Below, in pieces: positions 38,202 to 50,102 of a stretch of 64,000 bases of DNA. The stretch comes from Camelus ferus. Its lineage: Eukaryota. Location: assembly GCF_009834535.1 (NCBI RefSeq), contig NC_045697.1, positions 113,462,001-113,526,000 of the forward strand, in the 5' to 3' direction. The notes beneath the pieces were generated by a model that saw only the letters and a program-made list of their open reading frames with translations, was not told the origin of the DNA and did not search any database. The translations under genes and the position numbers were made by a program. Within the stretch, counting starts at the first letter, position 1. Each line of letters begins with the position of its first letter.

Positions 38202-40264
38202 CCATTACTAGAACCCAAAGAAACTTACAGAAATGACTGGTAAAGATGTTGATGGCGAGTCGTGATATTGTGATTTAGGGCGTACTTATTCTTGTTTGCC
38301 GTTCACTCACCTGTCCTCCAGCTGCCAACAAACAAGCAAAAAAGTAAAACAGCAGCAGGTATTCTGGGCTTAACTTTCCTCTTCCCTCAGGCCTCAAGAT
38401 TGTCCACATATTGAGAAAGCCTGAAATGGTAACGTTGTAAGGAAGAAAAGGCCCGACTGAGAATATAAGTACACACCCAATGTCTGCTCCATGGAGCAAA
38501 AGGAACGACTTAGAGCTCTCACTAACACAAACCAGGTCTCCAGCAAACAATTTCTGTTATGTATCCTTGAGCACCTTACGCTGAACTTCAAGCAAGATAA
38601 ATTTTTTCCTCAGGAAAGTCAGTTGAAGTCCTAGTTTTGATCACCATAACTTTCTAAATCATAGTCTACATTCAATTCCATATTCATACTAGTATTAACC
38701 CAAAACATTGCTATTATCCAATAACATTAAAAATAATTTTTGCTACACTTGGCAACAATTCCAGGATTTTCTATCCCTTTCCACACGTTTAGAAAGCACA
38801 GAAAATTACGTGATGGCACATCATAAGCATTTCTAAGTAAATTTGATTACAAACAGGTCTTAAGGCTTCTAAGTAGCTTGCAGAGATGAAACACGTTTTG
38901 CTTACCCCTTTACATTGTGTTCTGTGATGGCACACACCATGAACATGGAGGATAATAAGAAATATCTTCTTACTTCTAAAAATAAACAATTCTAATAAGA
39001 ACCAAATTTGCCAGTGAAAACTTACCTGCAACCTAACTGAATCCAAAAAGTTAGTGAATTCCTAAAATTATGATGATATAATACTTCTAATTAACATTCT
39101 CAAATGAGTAGACAGATTTACTAATTAAATGACACTAATTTCTAACATAACCCTTCACCCATTTTTTTAAGAGGACTAGCTATTCAAAATCATGCAAAAA
39201 TGAGTTCTTGGTTTCCTAGGAAACTGCCAAATCCAACTGCAATTTCTAACCAATGTTAGAAAAGAAATCCCTCCCTAGTTTTGTTTAGAGTGTGTGTTGT
39301 CGTGGTGGTGGTGGTGGGGTGGGTGGTGTTCTGATTAGGGTTACTTTAGCAGGTTTTTTAAATTATCAAAGAAAGAAATAGTGGTACATATGAGCCATCT
39401 AGAAGTCTATGAACCAAGGTCTATTCAGTGATGAAATTCACTTGTAATTCATTTCAGCTACACAGATAAGATGTTAAGCTTGAACCAACCCTCAAGACAA
39501 TTCTTTTTTGCAGACTTGTTCTTCCAGCGTTTTCAGTGAAAAATTTAGCACCTCTACTCCTCTTCTTTGCCAGGGACTCAACAATTCAGTGTCCTTCTCT
39601 GAGTCATAAACATTTATAGGAGCCTGTATGTGTGCATCTGAGCATCTGGCAAAAGACAGGTATTGAAAAGAATGTGATGGATAAATGCATCTGTCCCTTA
39701 TTAAGTGAGTAAGATGATCTGTTTGTGTTTTGTTTGTTTAAGTTGTTGAGATGTTCTTTCCATGGTCTATGACCCTCTGTCCCCGTTCTTTGCCCCCATG
39801 GAAGCTTCTAGAGTGCCCTGAGACTAATGGTTGAGTAATGGAGCTGTCATGGCTGTTAACCTGCTTCTCACTGGCAGGCTTACATCTATACAGTCTCTGC
39901 TGGGATCTCCCTGAGTAGTGTCCCTCCGCCTCGACACTGTGGGTGCCTCTGGTGCCTGTGGTATTGCGATCTCAGCTTCCCACAGCCTGACTTGCATGCC
40001 ACCTACCGTGCTTTGTATGTGAGGAATGCCCCCGTGCCCTGCCAGGATGCTGCAGTTTGTCCCTCCTGGTTCATTTCCTGCCTGGATTCCTACCCTGCAG
40101 CTTTTATGGAATTGTCATTTTTAATTGGATTTAGAAAGACAAAGAGTTGCAGGAAGGATGTTCTGATGGCTTTAAGAATGGACACTCCTGCACTAGAACG
40201 ATGCTATATTTTGTGTTTTTGAGATGAGACAAATATGGGAGCCTGGGGGAAAGTAGGGAGAAAA

Positions 40265-40982
40265 ATATTTTTGCATACAAGAGACCCACTTTAGGGAGAA
40301 GGACACATATAGATTGAGAGTGAAAGGATGGAAAAGGATATTCCATGCAAATGGAAAAGCCAAAAAAGCAGGTGTAGCAGTACCGATTTCAGACAAAATA
40401 GACTTTAAAACAAAGGCCATAAAGAAAGATAAAGAAGGACATTTTATAATGCTTAAATGAGTAATACAAATGAGGATATTATAGTCATTAATATATATGC
40501 ACCCAATATAGGAGCACCTAAATAAATAAAACAATTACTAACAGAGATAAAGGGGAATATTAATGGGAATACAATCATAGTTGGAGATTATAACACTGCA
40601 TTAATATCACTAGACAGATCTTCCAGACAGAAAATAAATAAAGCAACAGAGAAATTAAATAATACAATAGAAAAATTAGATTTGGTGGATATTTTCAGAG
40701 CATTACACCCACCAAAAATAGGATATACATTCTTTTCAAGTGCACATGGAACATTTTCCAGGATCGATCATGTACTTGGGCACAAAAGAAACCAACAATT
40801 TTAAGAAGATAGAAATTATCTCAAGCATCTTTACTGACCACAATGCCATGAAACTGGAAATCAACAACAGAGAAACAAAGGAGAAAAAAAGGAAAGCACG
40901 GAGATTAAACAATATGCTATTAAAAAAACCAATGAGTCAATGAGGAAATCAAAGCTGAAATTAAAAAATACCTTGAGATGAA
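40265..40982 (+). mobile_element. LINE-1 ORF2 endonuclease-domain fragment
   Basis: Reads IQETHF...RL.VKGWK.IFHANG..KKAGVAV.ISDKIDFK...NIYAPN...IIVGD.NT...FFSSAHGTFSRIDH, with stops and frameshifts. Confidence 0.95.
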
Positions 40983-41071
40983 TTTTTGTTTTATTTTTAA
41001 TGGAGGTACTTCACTCAGGACCTCCTGCAAGCTGAGCATGCGCTCTAGCACTGAGCTACACCCTAACCCCC
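40983..41071 (-). mobile_element. tRNA-derived SINE (Vic-like), B-box region altered
   Basis: 'ttttaatggaggtact...caggacctcctgcaagctgagcatgcgctctagcactgagctacaccc'. Confidence 0.85.
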
Positions 41072-41362
41072 ACTCTGGTTTTGTCAGGACACCTTCACTT
41101 ATCCTGGCTGTCTTTAACATGATGAGCTAGTATGGATGACTTCAGTCAAACTTCATCACTCTGGTGTTTCTCCAAGATTCTAGGAATATTTGCCTATCAA
41201 TCCATGTTTATTGTGTGATAGACTGTTAACATCATTTTTAGTGTCTATTTTGACGGGAGGTGATTAAACAAATGTTCACATCTTGAGATATAGGAAAGTC
41301 ATTGTGGCTTATACATGAGTTAACTTGAATTCTATGCTAACTAGCACAGCCCATTTGTTGCC

Positions 41363-41893
41363 TGTCAAGTATACATTGTACACCTGCTTTAATTATGAAA
41401 GAAAGGGGCACATTGACCAGAAGTAAAGAATGTCCATGTCCATGTTAAAAATAAAGATTGCATGCCCCTCTTCCCGGAACACCAATGCTGGTCCTCCTTT
41501 GATGACAAGACTCCTGTTCCAGGTGCCAAGGCCGTACTGTATGTGCTATGCATGGACGTGCTCATTGGTTTCCTCTTCCTATTCCTCTTCCTCCTCCTCT
41601 TCTTCTTCCTCTTCCTCTTCCTCCTTCTCCTTTCTTCTCCTCCTCTTCCTTTCTTTTTCTTCTTCTTTTTTTTTGAAATCTTGGAGAAATGTATCCTTGG
41701 CTTATTTACTGTTCTTTGTTCTGACAAGATATAAAACTGTGCTGGAGACCCAGCTTCTCTGAAGCAGTTTCTCAAAGTTATCTGGGAAGCCGGCTTCCAG
41801 GCTATAGTCCTGATTTTGGCTCAAATAAAACTCTTTTCTATTCTTATTATTGTTTATGGACTTAAGATTGTTTATGTGCTATTTTCTTCGACA
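41363..41893 (+). mobile_element. ERV1-type solo LTR containing a microsatellite
   Basis: Near-inverted termini tgtcaag...cttcgaca, 'gatataaaac' TATA-like element and 'aaataaaa' near 41823. Confidence 0.7.
41569..41674. repeat. (TCC/TTC)n pyrimidine tract
   Basis: Nearly all C/T. It explains the poly-S, poly-F and poly-K/R ORFs at 41389-41775. Confidence 0.9.
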
Positions 41894-41899
41894 GAAGCC

Positions 41900-42200
41900 T
41901 GAATGACACATCTCAGGTGCTGCTGGCTAGAATCACAACCTGCTTTTCCCCTCTTGCTCTGTCCTTTAGGAAGGAGGTCTAGGCTAGGCTATAAGCAGGG
42001 GCTGCAGGGAGAGAGAGGCCCATCAGCCGCTGGTAACAAGACCTAGGCCTGTGAATAGGGGCACCAGCCCTGTGAGTGAGCCCAGCTAAGACCATCAGAT
42101 CTGTCCACTCTCGGCACAGATTTGTGGCACACACATGAAAATAATTGTCACTTTAAGCCCCTTAGTTTTGGAAGGATTCATTAGTGCTATACTTCAGTTA
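41900..42200 (+). mobile_element. Old MLT1 LTR fragment
   Basis: 'tgtgagtgagcccagctaagacca...aaaataattgtcactttaagccccttagttttgg'. Confidence 0.45.
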
Positions 42201-43574
42201 TCAGTTGGTGCATAGCTGAAATGATTCTTTTATTTACATATGCTTTTGTTTCCCACGTGTTAACGCCAGGGAGGCAGAGACATTGTTTGGATTGTTTACA
42301 ACTGAAATACCAGGGCCTCAGTCACAGCCTGGAGTGTAATACGGACCCTATTACCATCTGGTTAATATGAGATAATGAGATAAGGTCTGGAAACGCTTAA
42401 CAGAATGCCTATCACCGCATTTGTTCTAATAAATAACATCTGTGATGATGATGAAAAAGAAAGAAAGAATGTGGGGGTATGATTTAACAATTTATATATC
42501 CGTAAAGGAAGGGTCAGCCTTATTTGAAAGGACTCTGTGCTGTGGACTTAAAAACACTGAGCTGTGTCTCAGGAATACAGGTGAGAATGTCATCTCAAAG
42601 TTGTGGGGACTTACTGGGTAGTTTTCCCAAAAAGGACAATGTGATCTCACTCTGACCCCTCCCTGAAGGGCCACGTGTATTTTGGAGAGATGCCGGCTTG
42701 TGGAGGAGAGAGAAACCACCAGAGCCGCATGAAGGCATTTCCACGAACTTGAAATTATTAGCACAATTCTCTACCCAGCAGTTACACGAACATAGAAAAA
42801 GTGTATTTTGGGAAATACGATTCAAGGATGTGATTATCTCTTAATACCTATGGCGTAGTACCTAATGGTATTATGTAGGCTTAGAGATTAGGTGGCATAA
42901 GACATGGAAAGCACTTAGAGCTTAGCAAATAGGGAGCACTTTCATTACTTTTAGTGACTTTTCTAATATTAAAGTATTATGATATGAGATGAATAAGCCA
43001 TCAAACAAAATTAAGACACAATCCCATTGGCTAGAGTTAATTAGATACGGAGTATTTAATGGCACTGAGGAAAATGGGAACATCAGTAATTTTCAGAGCA
43101 GCTATCTTGACAGCTTGAAGTGCTTCTAAATAGTATTTGTATTCATTTTCAAGTCACTTTTCTTTTCAGAAAGTAAAGTGGAAACCTTTGCACTTTGGTG
43201 TCCTGTTGTTCTGGCATTTTCATGTCCAAGTTACCTGCTGTGTGATGTCCTGCAGGTCACATTTAGCTTTGACATATTTTGTGATGTGTTAGTTGTGAAT
43301 ACAATTTTAGCATCCTGTACGTAGAGAAATAGTATGTTTCAGAGCTTTGTTTAAGGAATGAAACCCCTGCATCTTTTTCCAATAGCTAGTTACATATGCT
43401 TAATATGTGAGGGAAAAGCTGATACTGTTCATAAATAAACGGGAATGTTACTGAAGGAAGGCTTCTGTTGTTCTTTTTCATATTGAACATTCTGTTTCAT
43501 TTAAAACCACTTGTTGGGGGCTAAGTGAAGCTCAGTTTTAATGTAACACTTCCTTAGAGATAGTAACTACAATA

Positions 43575-43870
43575 AATTAGAAGTTTAGGATTAACAGATA
43601 TGCACTATTACACATAAAATAGATAAACAACAAGGACTTAGTGTATAGCACAGGGAATTTTATTCAATATCTTCTTAACCATTTTTAATGAAGGATTGAA
43701 CCCACCAGTATCTCATATATTCAATATCTTGTGATAATCTATAATGGAAAAGAATATGAAAAAGAATTGATATAATGTATAACTGAATCACTTTGCTGTA
43801 CACCTGAAATGAACACATCAACTACACTTAAAAGAAGCACATTTTCTAATAAAGAAAAAAAATAAACAAA
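43575..43870 (+). mobile_element. LINE-1 3' end (carries a 44-bp insert)
   Basis: 'tagataaacaacaaggac...tgtatagcacagggaa...tataactgaatcactttgctgtacacctgaaa'. Confidence 0.85.
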
Positions 43871-44039
43871 CTACCAGAACTTTAAGTGATTTCCCCTTAA
43901 AAATGCATTTCCAAAATAAGCTATAGGTGTAGATCTGTTCCATTCAGATTTTCTTATGTCCCTACGGTTCTCTGTAGTAACATGTGTGTGTCAGGAGCTC
44001 TGGAGGGTCTGATTTTTCTCTCTACTTGAAACCTAACCA

Positions 44040-44385
44040 GTTAGCCTGCCACAGTCCCAGCAGATGCTGTGGAAGAGGCAAGACTCCTGTTTTAGAGACA
44101 AAAGGCAGTTCACTACTCATGGCAAAGGCAGTAGCCAGAATATCAGCATTTGTGTCAGTTACCCAAGGGTGGTTACCCACAAAAATACCAACAGCACCAG
44201 GTGTGCCTGGATGTATTACAGAAGAGGAGTTCTGAGTTCATGGAACCCACCTCTTTTACAACGGGCTGTAAGCACGCCTGCCCTTGGTTCTGGAGGGAGC
44301 CGAGCAGACACATCTCCTAGACTGTAGTTTGGAACAGAGACGTGCAGAAATGTGAGAGACCCACAGGGGACTGTCTCTCAATGCT
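44040..44385 (-). mobile_element. MER73/74/54-like ERVL LTR
   Basis: 'agacgtgcagaaatgtgagagacccac...tgtctctcaa'. Same family as 26925-27307. Confidence 0.65.
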
Positions 44386-44739
44386 GTGATGGTACTTCTG
44401 TCTCTTCACTCTTTAATTCAACTCTTGAATTAATGAGAAAGCTACTTTGATATTTAATATTTTTCATTTTCACACTTTTATCCAAAATAAACAATGCATA
44501 ATAAAATTTCTTGGGGTGTATAGTTTTTTTTTTTTATTATTATTTGCCAATACTGCTACTTGTTTGTTTATTCAACAGAAATATTAAGGACATGCTAAGT
44601 GCTGAGCATTGAGCATCCAGGGCTGAACAAATCCATTTCCACTGTCATGGAACATAGACTCCATTATGAAAAATATGTAATAAACAAAGAAACAAGTGTG
44701 CCATTTTTTTAAGCTATGTTACAATTTTTCTTTTAAACA

Positions 44740-45340
44740 TGTTTTTATTTTGAAAAATAACACACATATGAAAGAAAACAGTAAACACAACCTAATAAAA
44801 TATTCTAAAACAAACATCAGCACACATTACCAAGGGCAACATATCTTTCTGTGTAACCCTTTTTAATGGCAATCAGCTCCTTTTTTCTCAAAAGTCACCA
44901 CTCTCGTAACACTTATGATTCATACTTTCCTCACTATTTTTTTTTTTTTGATTCTTTTAACATTTCAGTTTCCCTTCTTAAGATTTATAGTTTTGTTCTG
45001 CTAATTTTTCAAATCTACATAAAGGGGAATTACATAGTTTGCAATTTTTTCCTGTAGCTTTTATTCATTTAACACTGCTTCCAAGATTCATCCAAGTTAT
45101 TGTGTGTAGCTACGGTTCCTTCATTTTAATTAACGCCTGGTTTTCTAGTATGTGAGCACACCACCCTGTATCTGTTCATTCTGCAATCCTGATTTTTGAG
45201 CTTCTTTACAGTTTATGGCCACTATGAGAAATTCTGACATGAACATTCTATTTTCTACACCTTGTCTGATGGTTTTTCCTACACTGGATTCTGAGATACA
45301 TTACCTGGTGAAGTGGCTGGTTTATCTGTGAGTTGATAGC
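44740..45340 (-). mobile_element. Old LINE-1 3' region (L1ME-type)
   Basis: 'aagattcatccaagttattgtgtgtagctacggttccttcatttt...tatgtgagcacaccac'. Confidence 0.7.
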
Positions 45341-46681
45341 ACTTTGCACAAAATTTAAGAGACATAGTAACCTCATAAAGAGCTTTGTTGAATACGGGCC
45401 AAAAAAGTTGAAATTAATTGAATTGTGGTGATGGGAGAGTAGAATTGTCAAGGAAAAATGAAACTTAAGGCAAGGGTAATTGTCTTCACAATTAAAGAAG
45501 GGAAAAGGTGTTTTAATGGAAAGCATTGAAAGGTCAATTTGTCTTGTGGTATTCTAAGAACATTTCCTTTTATTCCAAATTCTAGGTACAAAATTGAAAA
45601 GTTCTTGCTTATACATTGAGAGAAGATACCATACAGGTCACTAGCATGTGACAATGAGAACATATTAAGGAGATGAGCTGTTCATAGGGAGAATTCAGAC
45701 CATTAGACTGCACTGAACAACACCTTTTACCTTTGTATGTGAGCTTATATCTCACTGGTCTTCAATATTATGCAATTGATTAAGCTTCCCGTTACACATA
45801 AAAATTATTTTTAAATTTCAAAACTTATAAAAGAGTAGAGATAATTAAAAAATATTTTCCTACCCATCAATTAAATATTAATAGGCATTTCAATTATTTT
45901 TTAAATATCTGTGATTCAGAGATCACCTAAGGGTAACAAGACTCTTTTGGAAAGAAGCAGCATTTGTCCCCTTCAGCCTCAAATTCCCAAAGGCTTTGAG
46001 GTGACTTGCAAGCATAATGCACTTAATGGAATAGGGAAAAGAAAATAGAAATATAAGAAAATTCACTTAGTAGAAAATCTGAGGAGATTCCCTTATAGGT
46101 TTTGCATTAACTTATTAACTTCTAGGTTCTGCTAAAGTATGGGGGAATATTTGCATTATCTTAGAAAAAATTGTGTGCTAGAAAATAGAGAGTTGGCAAA
46201 GAGAATCCTGTTCTAGAGCCCATTTTAAGCACAGTTCAGAGTAATAATGAGAAAGAGAAAAAATAATGCTCTCTGCAGAGCTGACACTCAAGAGGGAGGA
46301 ACGCTGTGGGTTAAGACCTATATTGTCCTAAATGAAATGAATGTCAAGTCGTTGTCATTTTCACGATCCGATATGACACCATTCTGAAATAAAATGAATG
46401 GGCTTCAATGGGGAGCTCCTCAGTCCCAAGAACTACTTTGGTACCATTCCATCTGCTCATAGGAGTATGTGTAAGAGGGTTAGTGAAGGTGGGGTCTGGG
46501 CAGGGAAAAACAGCCAAGTCAAAGGCCAAAAATTCCATAGTCATAATTTTTTATTTCCATTTTATTTCTCTTTTCTCAGTAGGAAATGTACATTTCCCCC
46601 TTCACAAAGACCATGCACTCAGATAACTATTAAAATTGTAGTAAATCTTAGTCTATGAAGTTTAAAATACTGATCTATCCA

Positions 46682-46990
46682 TTTTACTTTTCTTTTCTTT
46701 TTTTTTTTTTGGTGATGATGCCAACATTATATTCTCTTAGCAAAATTCAATTATACAATACAGTGTTATCAACTTATCAATAGTATCATTATTATTAAAA
46801 ATATCATTTGAACCACATATTTGGATTGCATATTATTATCAACAGTATCATTTGGACTATTGTCCAAAATGTGTTGGTTAACTCAGTGGTGGGAATTCTT
46901 TACAACGTATACACATATCAAGTCATCACGTTATCCACTTGAAGGATTATAATTTTATTTGTAAGCCTCAGTAAAGCTGATTAAAAAAAA
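46682..46990 (+). mobile_element. Short L1 (L1MA9-like) 3' end with inverted 5' segment
   Basis: An antisense L1 piece at 46682-46774, then filler, then a sense terminal piece at 46868-46990 ending 'agtaaagctgattaaaaaaaa'. Confidence 0.65.
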
Positions 46991-47146
46991 GTTCTACCCA
47001 AAACAAAGGGGTTCCCTTTAATTCTTGGAGGTGATGTTTCAGAGGGGAGTATAGGACTCACGCTACTGAGCCTCACATCCCACCGGTTACAGGAGTGGAA
47101 CAGTCTTACTGGCTCGACATCCTGAGATGGGTTCTGTCAATCAGTG

Positions 47147-47632
47147 TGTAACCAAGCAGGACCCTGTGAGACCTTCCTGGGACAGACCCCCTCTCCCATA
47201 CCCTCTGTTGTAGCTGCTCTCTGAAGTACCCAGATGATAGTATCTCATGTGTATTTCCTGAGTATTTCAGATGCTAAAAACCACCACCAGATGGAAGAAA
47301 TTAACTACTTGATGATGGAGAGCACATGGCCCCCAGACCTTCTGGCGCCTAGTGGGTGATAGTTGACCACCCTCTTCCCTCAGCACCAACCAATCAGAAG
47401 ATTGTGCACCAGCTGATCACATACCCTGTAACCACCCCCCCCCCCCACACCTGCTTTTAAATAGGCTTTGCTGAAACCCTTTGAGGAGTTCGGGGTTTTC
47501 CTTGGGCATAAGCCATTCTGTCCTCCTTGCTCCACTCTGTGATTAACCTTCCTCTGAGATTAACCAAACTCCCATGTTTCAGTTTGTTTGGTCTCGTGGT
47601 ACGGCAGGCACAGGAACTTGCCTTTGGCAACA
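47147..47632 (+). mobile_element. ERV1-type solo LTR
   Basis: tgtaacc...ggcaaca termini, CCAAT box 'aaccaatcagaag' and a 4-bp flanking match agtg/agta. Confidence 0.85.
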
Positions 47633-48559
47633 AGTAAACAGGAGAAAGGGGAGTCCGCAGGACAGACCTCATCTGTTCCTCTCATTAAGAAAATTCACAG
47701 GTAACATGAATATCTTCTTCCCTCATAACACAAGAGGGCAGTTGCTGACTGGATGAAATGGGGATGGTCTGGGAGCGGGGGATAAGGCAGTGGTGGCCCT
47801 GAGTTCCAGTCTGACTTTCTCCCTTGCTAACTTGGACTTGTTCTGGTCACTTAGCATCTTTTCTTTTTCTCCATTTCCTTTTCTCTTTTGATAAAGAGAT
47901 AACACCTCATGGAGGAAAGCAAATTAATGTTGTAATGTATAACCAGCTCTCTGTGTGAATTTTCTGAGGCTACATGAAGCTGTGTTTTCAGTTTTTTAGG
48001 GTCTGATTGGTGATCAGCAGAAGGAGCAGCAGGATTACCCCTGGCTGTCTGCTGTGGCTATGAGCGGAGCAGATGCTGCAGGGCCACCCACACAGTTCAG
48101 GCTAGATGACCTCCAGGGGACCTTTATTCTGCAACTTCTGCGATTTGCTTTAGCTCTGTTATAAATGCCTTGTCCCTTGATGTTTCTTTTTTTCCCCCCG
48201 TTGACTTTCATTGCTTTATTAAAAAGCAATCTGGCTGTGAGATTAGCAGTGGGAAGTCTGGAACCCTCTTCATGAAAAATTAAACTTTTTGCTAAGTGCT
48301 GGGCTGGCACAGAATGTCCCCACAGTGGGGCCACTAATCCCTTGTAATAGATTAGTCACCAAGGCAGCTTGAGGCTTAGCTTTTATTAATGTTCTTAAGA
48401 ACTTGATTCAGCAACTGTCCCTCAGTCCCTTCTCCCCAACACACAGAAAATCGAGAAATAGAAGGCAATGTGGTTTAATCATTTTTAGCGTGATAAAAAT
48501 AATGGAAATGTATGACCCACTTACAGTGGAACAGAACGTAAACACAAGCAAAGACGAAA

Positions 48560-49074
48560 TGTTGCAGAAAAATGTGTTACATCTCAGATGTGACAGCAAC
48601 CTGGATCTGGGCGAGAGACCAAGCAGCACTTGGAGAGTTGGAGAACTCAGGTTTATTATGCCAGCAGGCCCAGAGGAGTTAACACTCCAAGCTCTGGACC
48701 CTGTCTGTTGGTTTACACAGGCTTTTATAGGCTGCCAGTTTACACTTTGCAACATCATATGCAAATAAGGTATAACAAAAGTTGACTAATTAGGAACAAG
48801 CTTTGTAGAAATGGACCAATCAGAAGGGAGAGAAATAACCAACCAGGAGTGAGGGAAATGGACCAGTCAGGAGTGAAAGAAAGAACCAATCAGGAGTGAG
48901 CTCAGGGAACCAATAGAATTTTAGGGGTAAATTTCACTTTCCTAGAAGTAAGCCATTTCAGAGGCAAAAGGTGAGCTAGAGCTGATGGGCCAGGGAACCC
49001 AATGGTGCTGGCAGGAGAGTAGTGACCCTGCCTGGGGGGTCCTGCCAGTCTTTTTTATGGGGCTTCCCATCTCA
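48560..49074 (-). mobile_element. Relatively young solo LTR with CCAAT-repeat U3
   Basis: On the minus strand the order is CCAAT-type repeats (48808-48915), octamer (48759-48766), TATAAAA (48723-48729), AATAAA (48652-48657). The exact ends are uncertain. Confidence 0.8.
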
Positions 49075-49332
49075 CTACAACAGTGGAGCATGGTGCCTGG
49101 GGCCACAGGAAAGCAGCCTTGGTTGTAATGGAAAGCTGGTCAATGCATGTTCATTTCCAGTTAATGTCCAGCACCCAGTCCTCCAGTTGTTGCTGGACAA
49201 CAAGGCTCCCATCCTCAGCCAGGAACAGGAACCATTAGCATCATCATCCTCTTGTGACATGGAGGGGAAGGGAACAAGCCCCAACCAAACACAGCAACTC
49301 TAAAACCTCAGATCATGGCACAATCCTGTCTG

Positions 49333-49658
49333 TTTTTTTTGTTTGTTTGTTTGTTTGTTTTTTTAATTTTAGTTCTTAGTTTTTATTGAAGTGTAGTCAG
49401 TTTTCAATGTTAGTTTCATGTGTACAGCAAAGCAATTCAACTATACCTATACATATATTTTGTTTTTCAGATTCTTTTCCCTTTCAGCTCATTATAAGAT
49501 ATTGAATGCAGTTCCTTGTGCTATACAGTAGCGCCTTGTTGTTTATCTACTTGATATGTAGTAGTGTGTGTTTATTAATCCAAACTCCTAACCTATCCCT
49601 CCCTGGTATTTCTCCCCGTAACCACGGTTAGTGTTCTATGTCTGTGAGTCTATTTCTG
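49333..49658 (-). mobile_element. 5'-truncated LINE-1 3' UTR with TSD
   Basis: L1 3' UTR motifs. TSD caatcctgtctgtttt (49321-49336) / caaacctgcctatttt (49659-49674), 13/16 identical. Confidence 0.9.
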
Positions 49659-49914
49659 CAAACCTGCCTATTTTAAGCTTTCATTTTCTATCCGAGTGTT
49701 CAAACACAGTCTCTGTTTTCCTTGGTGACATTTCCTCCATTTTGCTCTGACTCGCAGTGTCAGATTACTTTTCAAAATCCAGCTTTCCACTTCTGATTTT
49801 TTGCCCATAATCTTTATTTGTGCCTGTCTCTTCCAGCATCTTTCTAATCACTCAGTGTTTATACTCACCATGAATTTTACTCTAATTTCCACTGCCCCTG
49901 TAGGTTAATTAAGA

Positions 49915-50102
49915 AGCGGCTTTGTTCCACTGTTTACCAGTTACATCACTTTAGACAGCTGCCTGCCTCTCTGGGTTTATATTATCTTCATCCATTCAAT
50001 AACTATGAGAGTGGTCCTTTTAAGATTGCTGTGAGGATTAAATACGTCAGTATTTCTGAAGAGCTTAAGAGTTGTTGTGAGACACAGTGTCATGTAAATG
50101 TC
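49915..50102 (+). mobile_element. MIR fragment
   Basis: 'agattgctgtgaggattaaat...gaagagcttaagag'. Confidence 0.55.

Noticed and set aside
35341..40982. L1 pieces at 35341 and 40265 as one interrupted L1
   Set aside because: Both are on the plus strand, but the endonuclease piece lies downstream of the post-RT piece, the reverse of L1 order.
20945..41071. tRNA-like sequences at 20945, 32241, 38075 and 40983 as tRNA genes
   Set aside because: They share a SINE body and A-rich tails, two have TSDs, and the acceptor stems do not pair well. They are SINEs.
41389..41775. K/R-rich, poly-S and poly-F ORFs
   Set aside because: They are translations of the TCC/TTC tract.
48808..48915. Regularly spaced 23-24-bp repeats as a CRISPR-like array
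   Set aside because: The units are tandem with no unique spacers, lie inside an LTR U3, and the DNA is mammalian with no cas genes.
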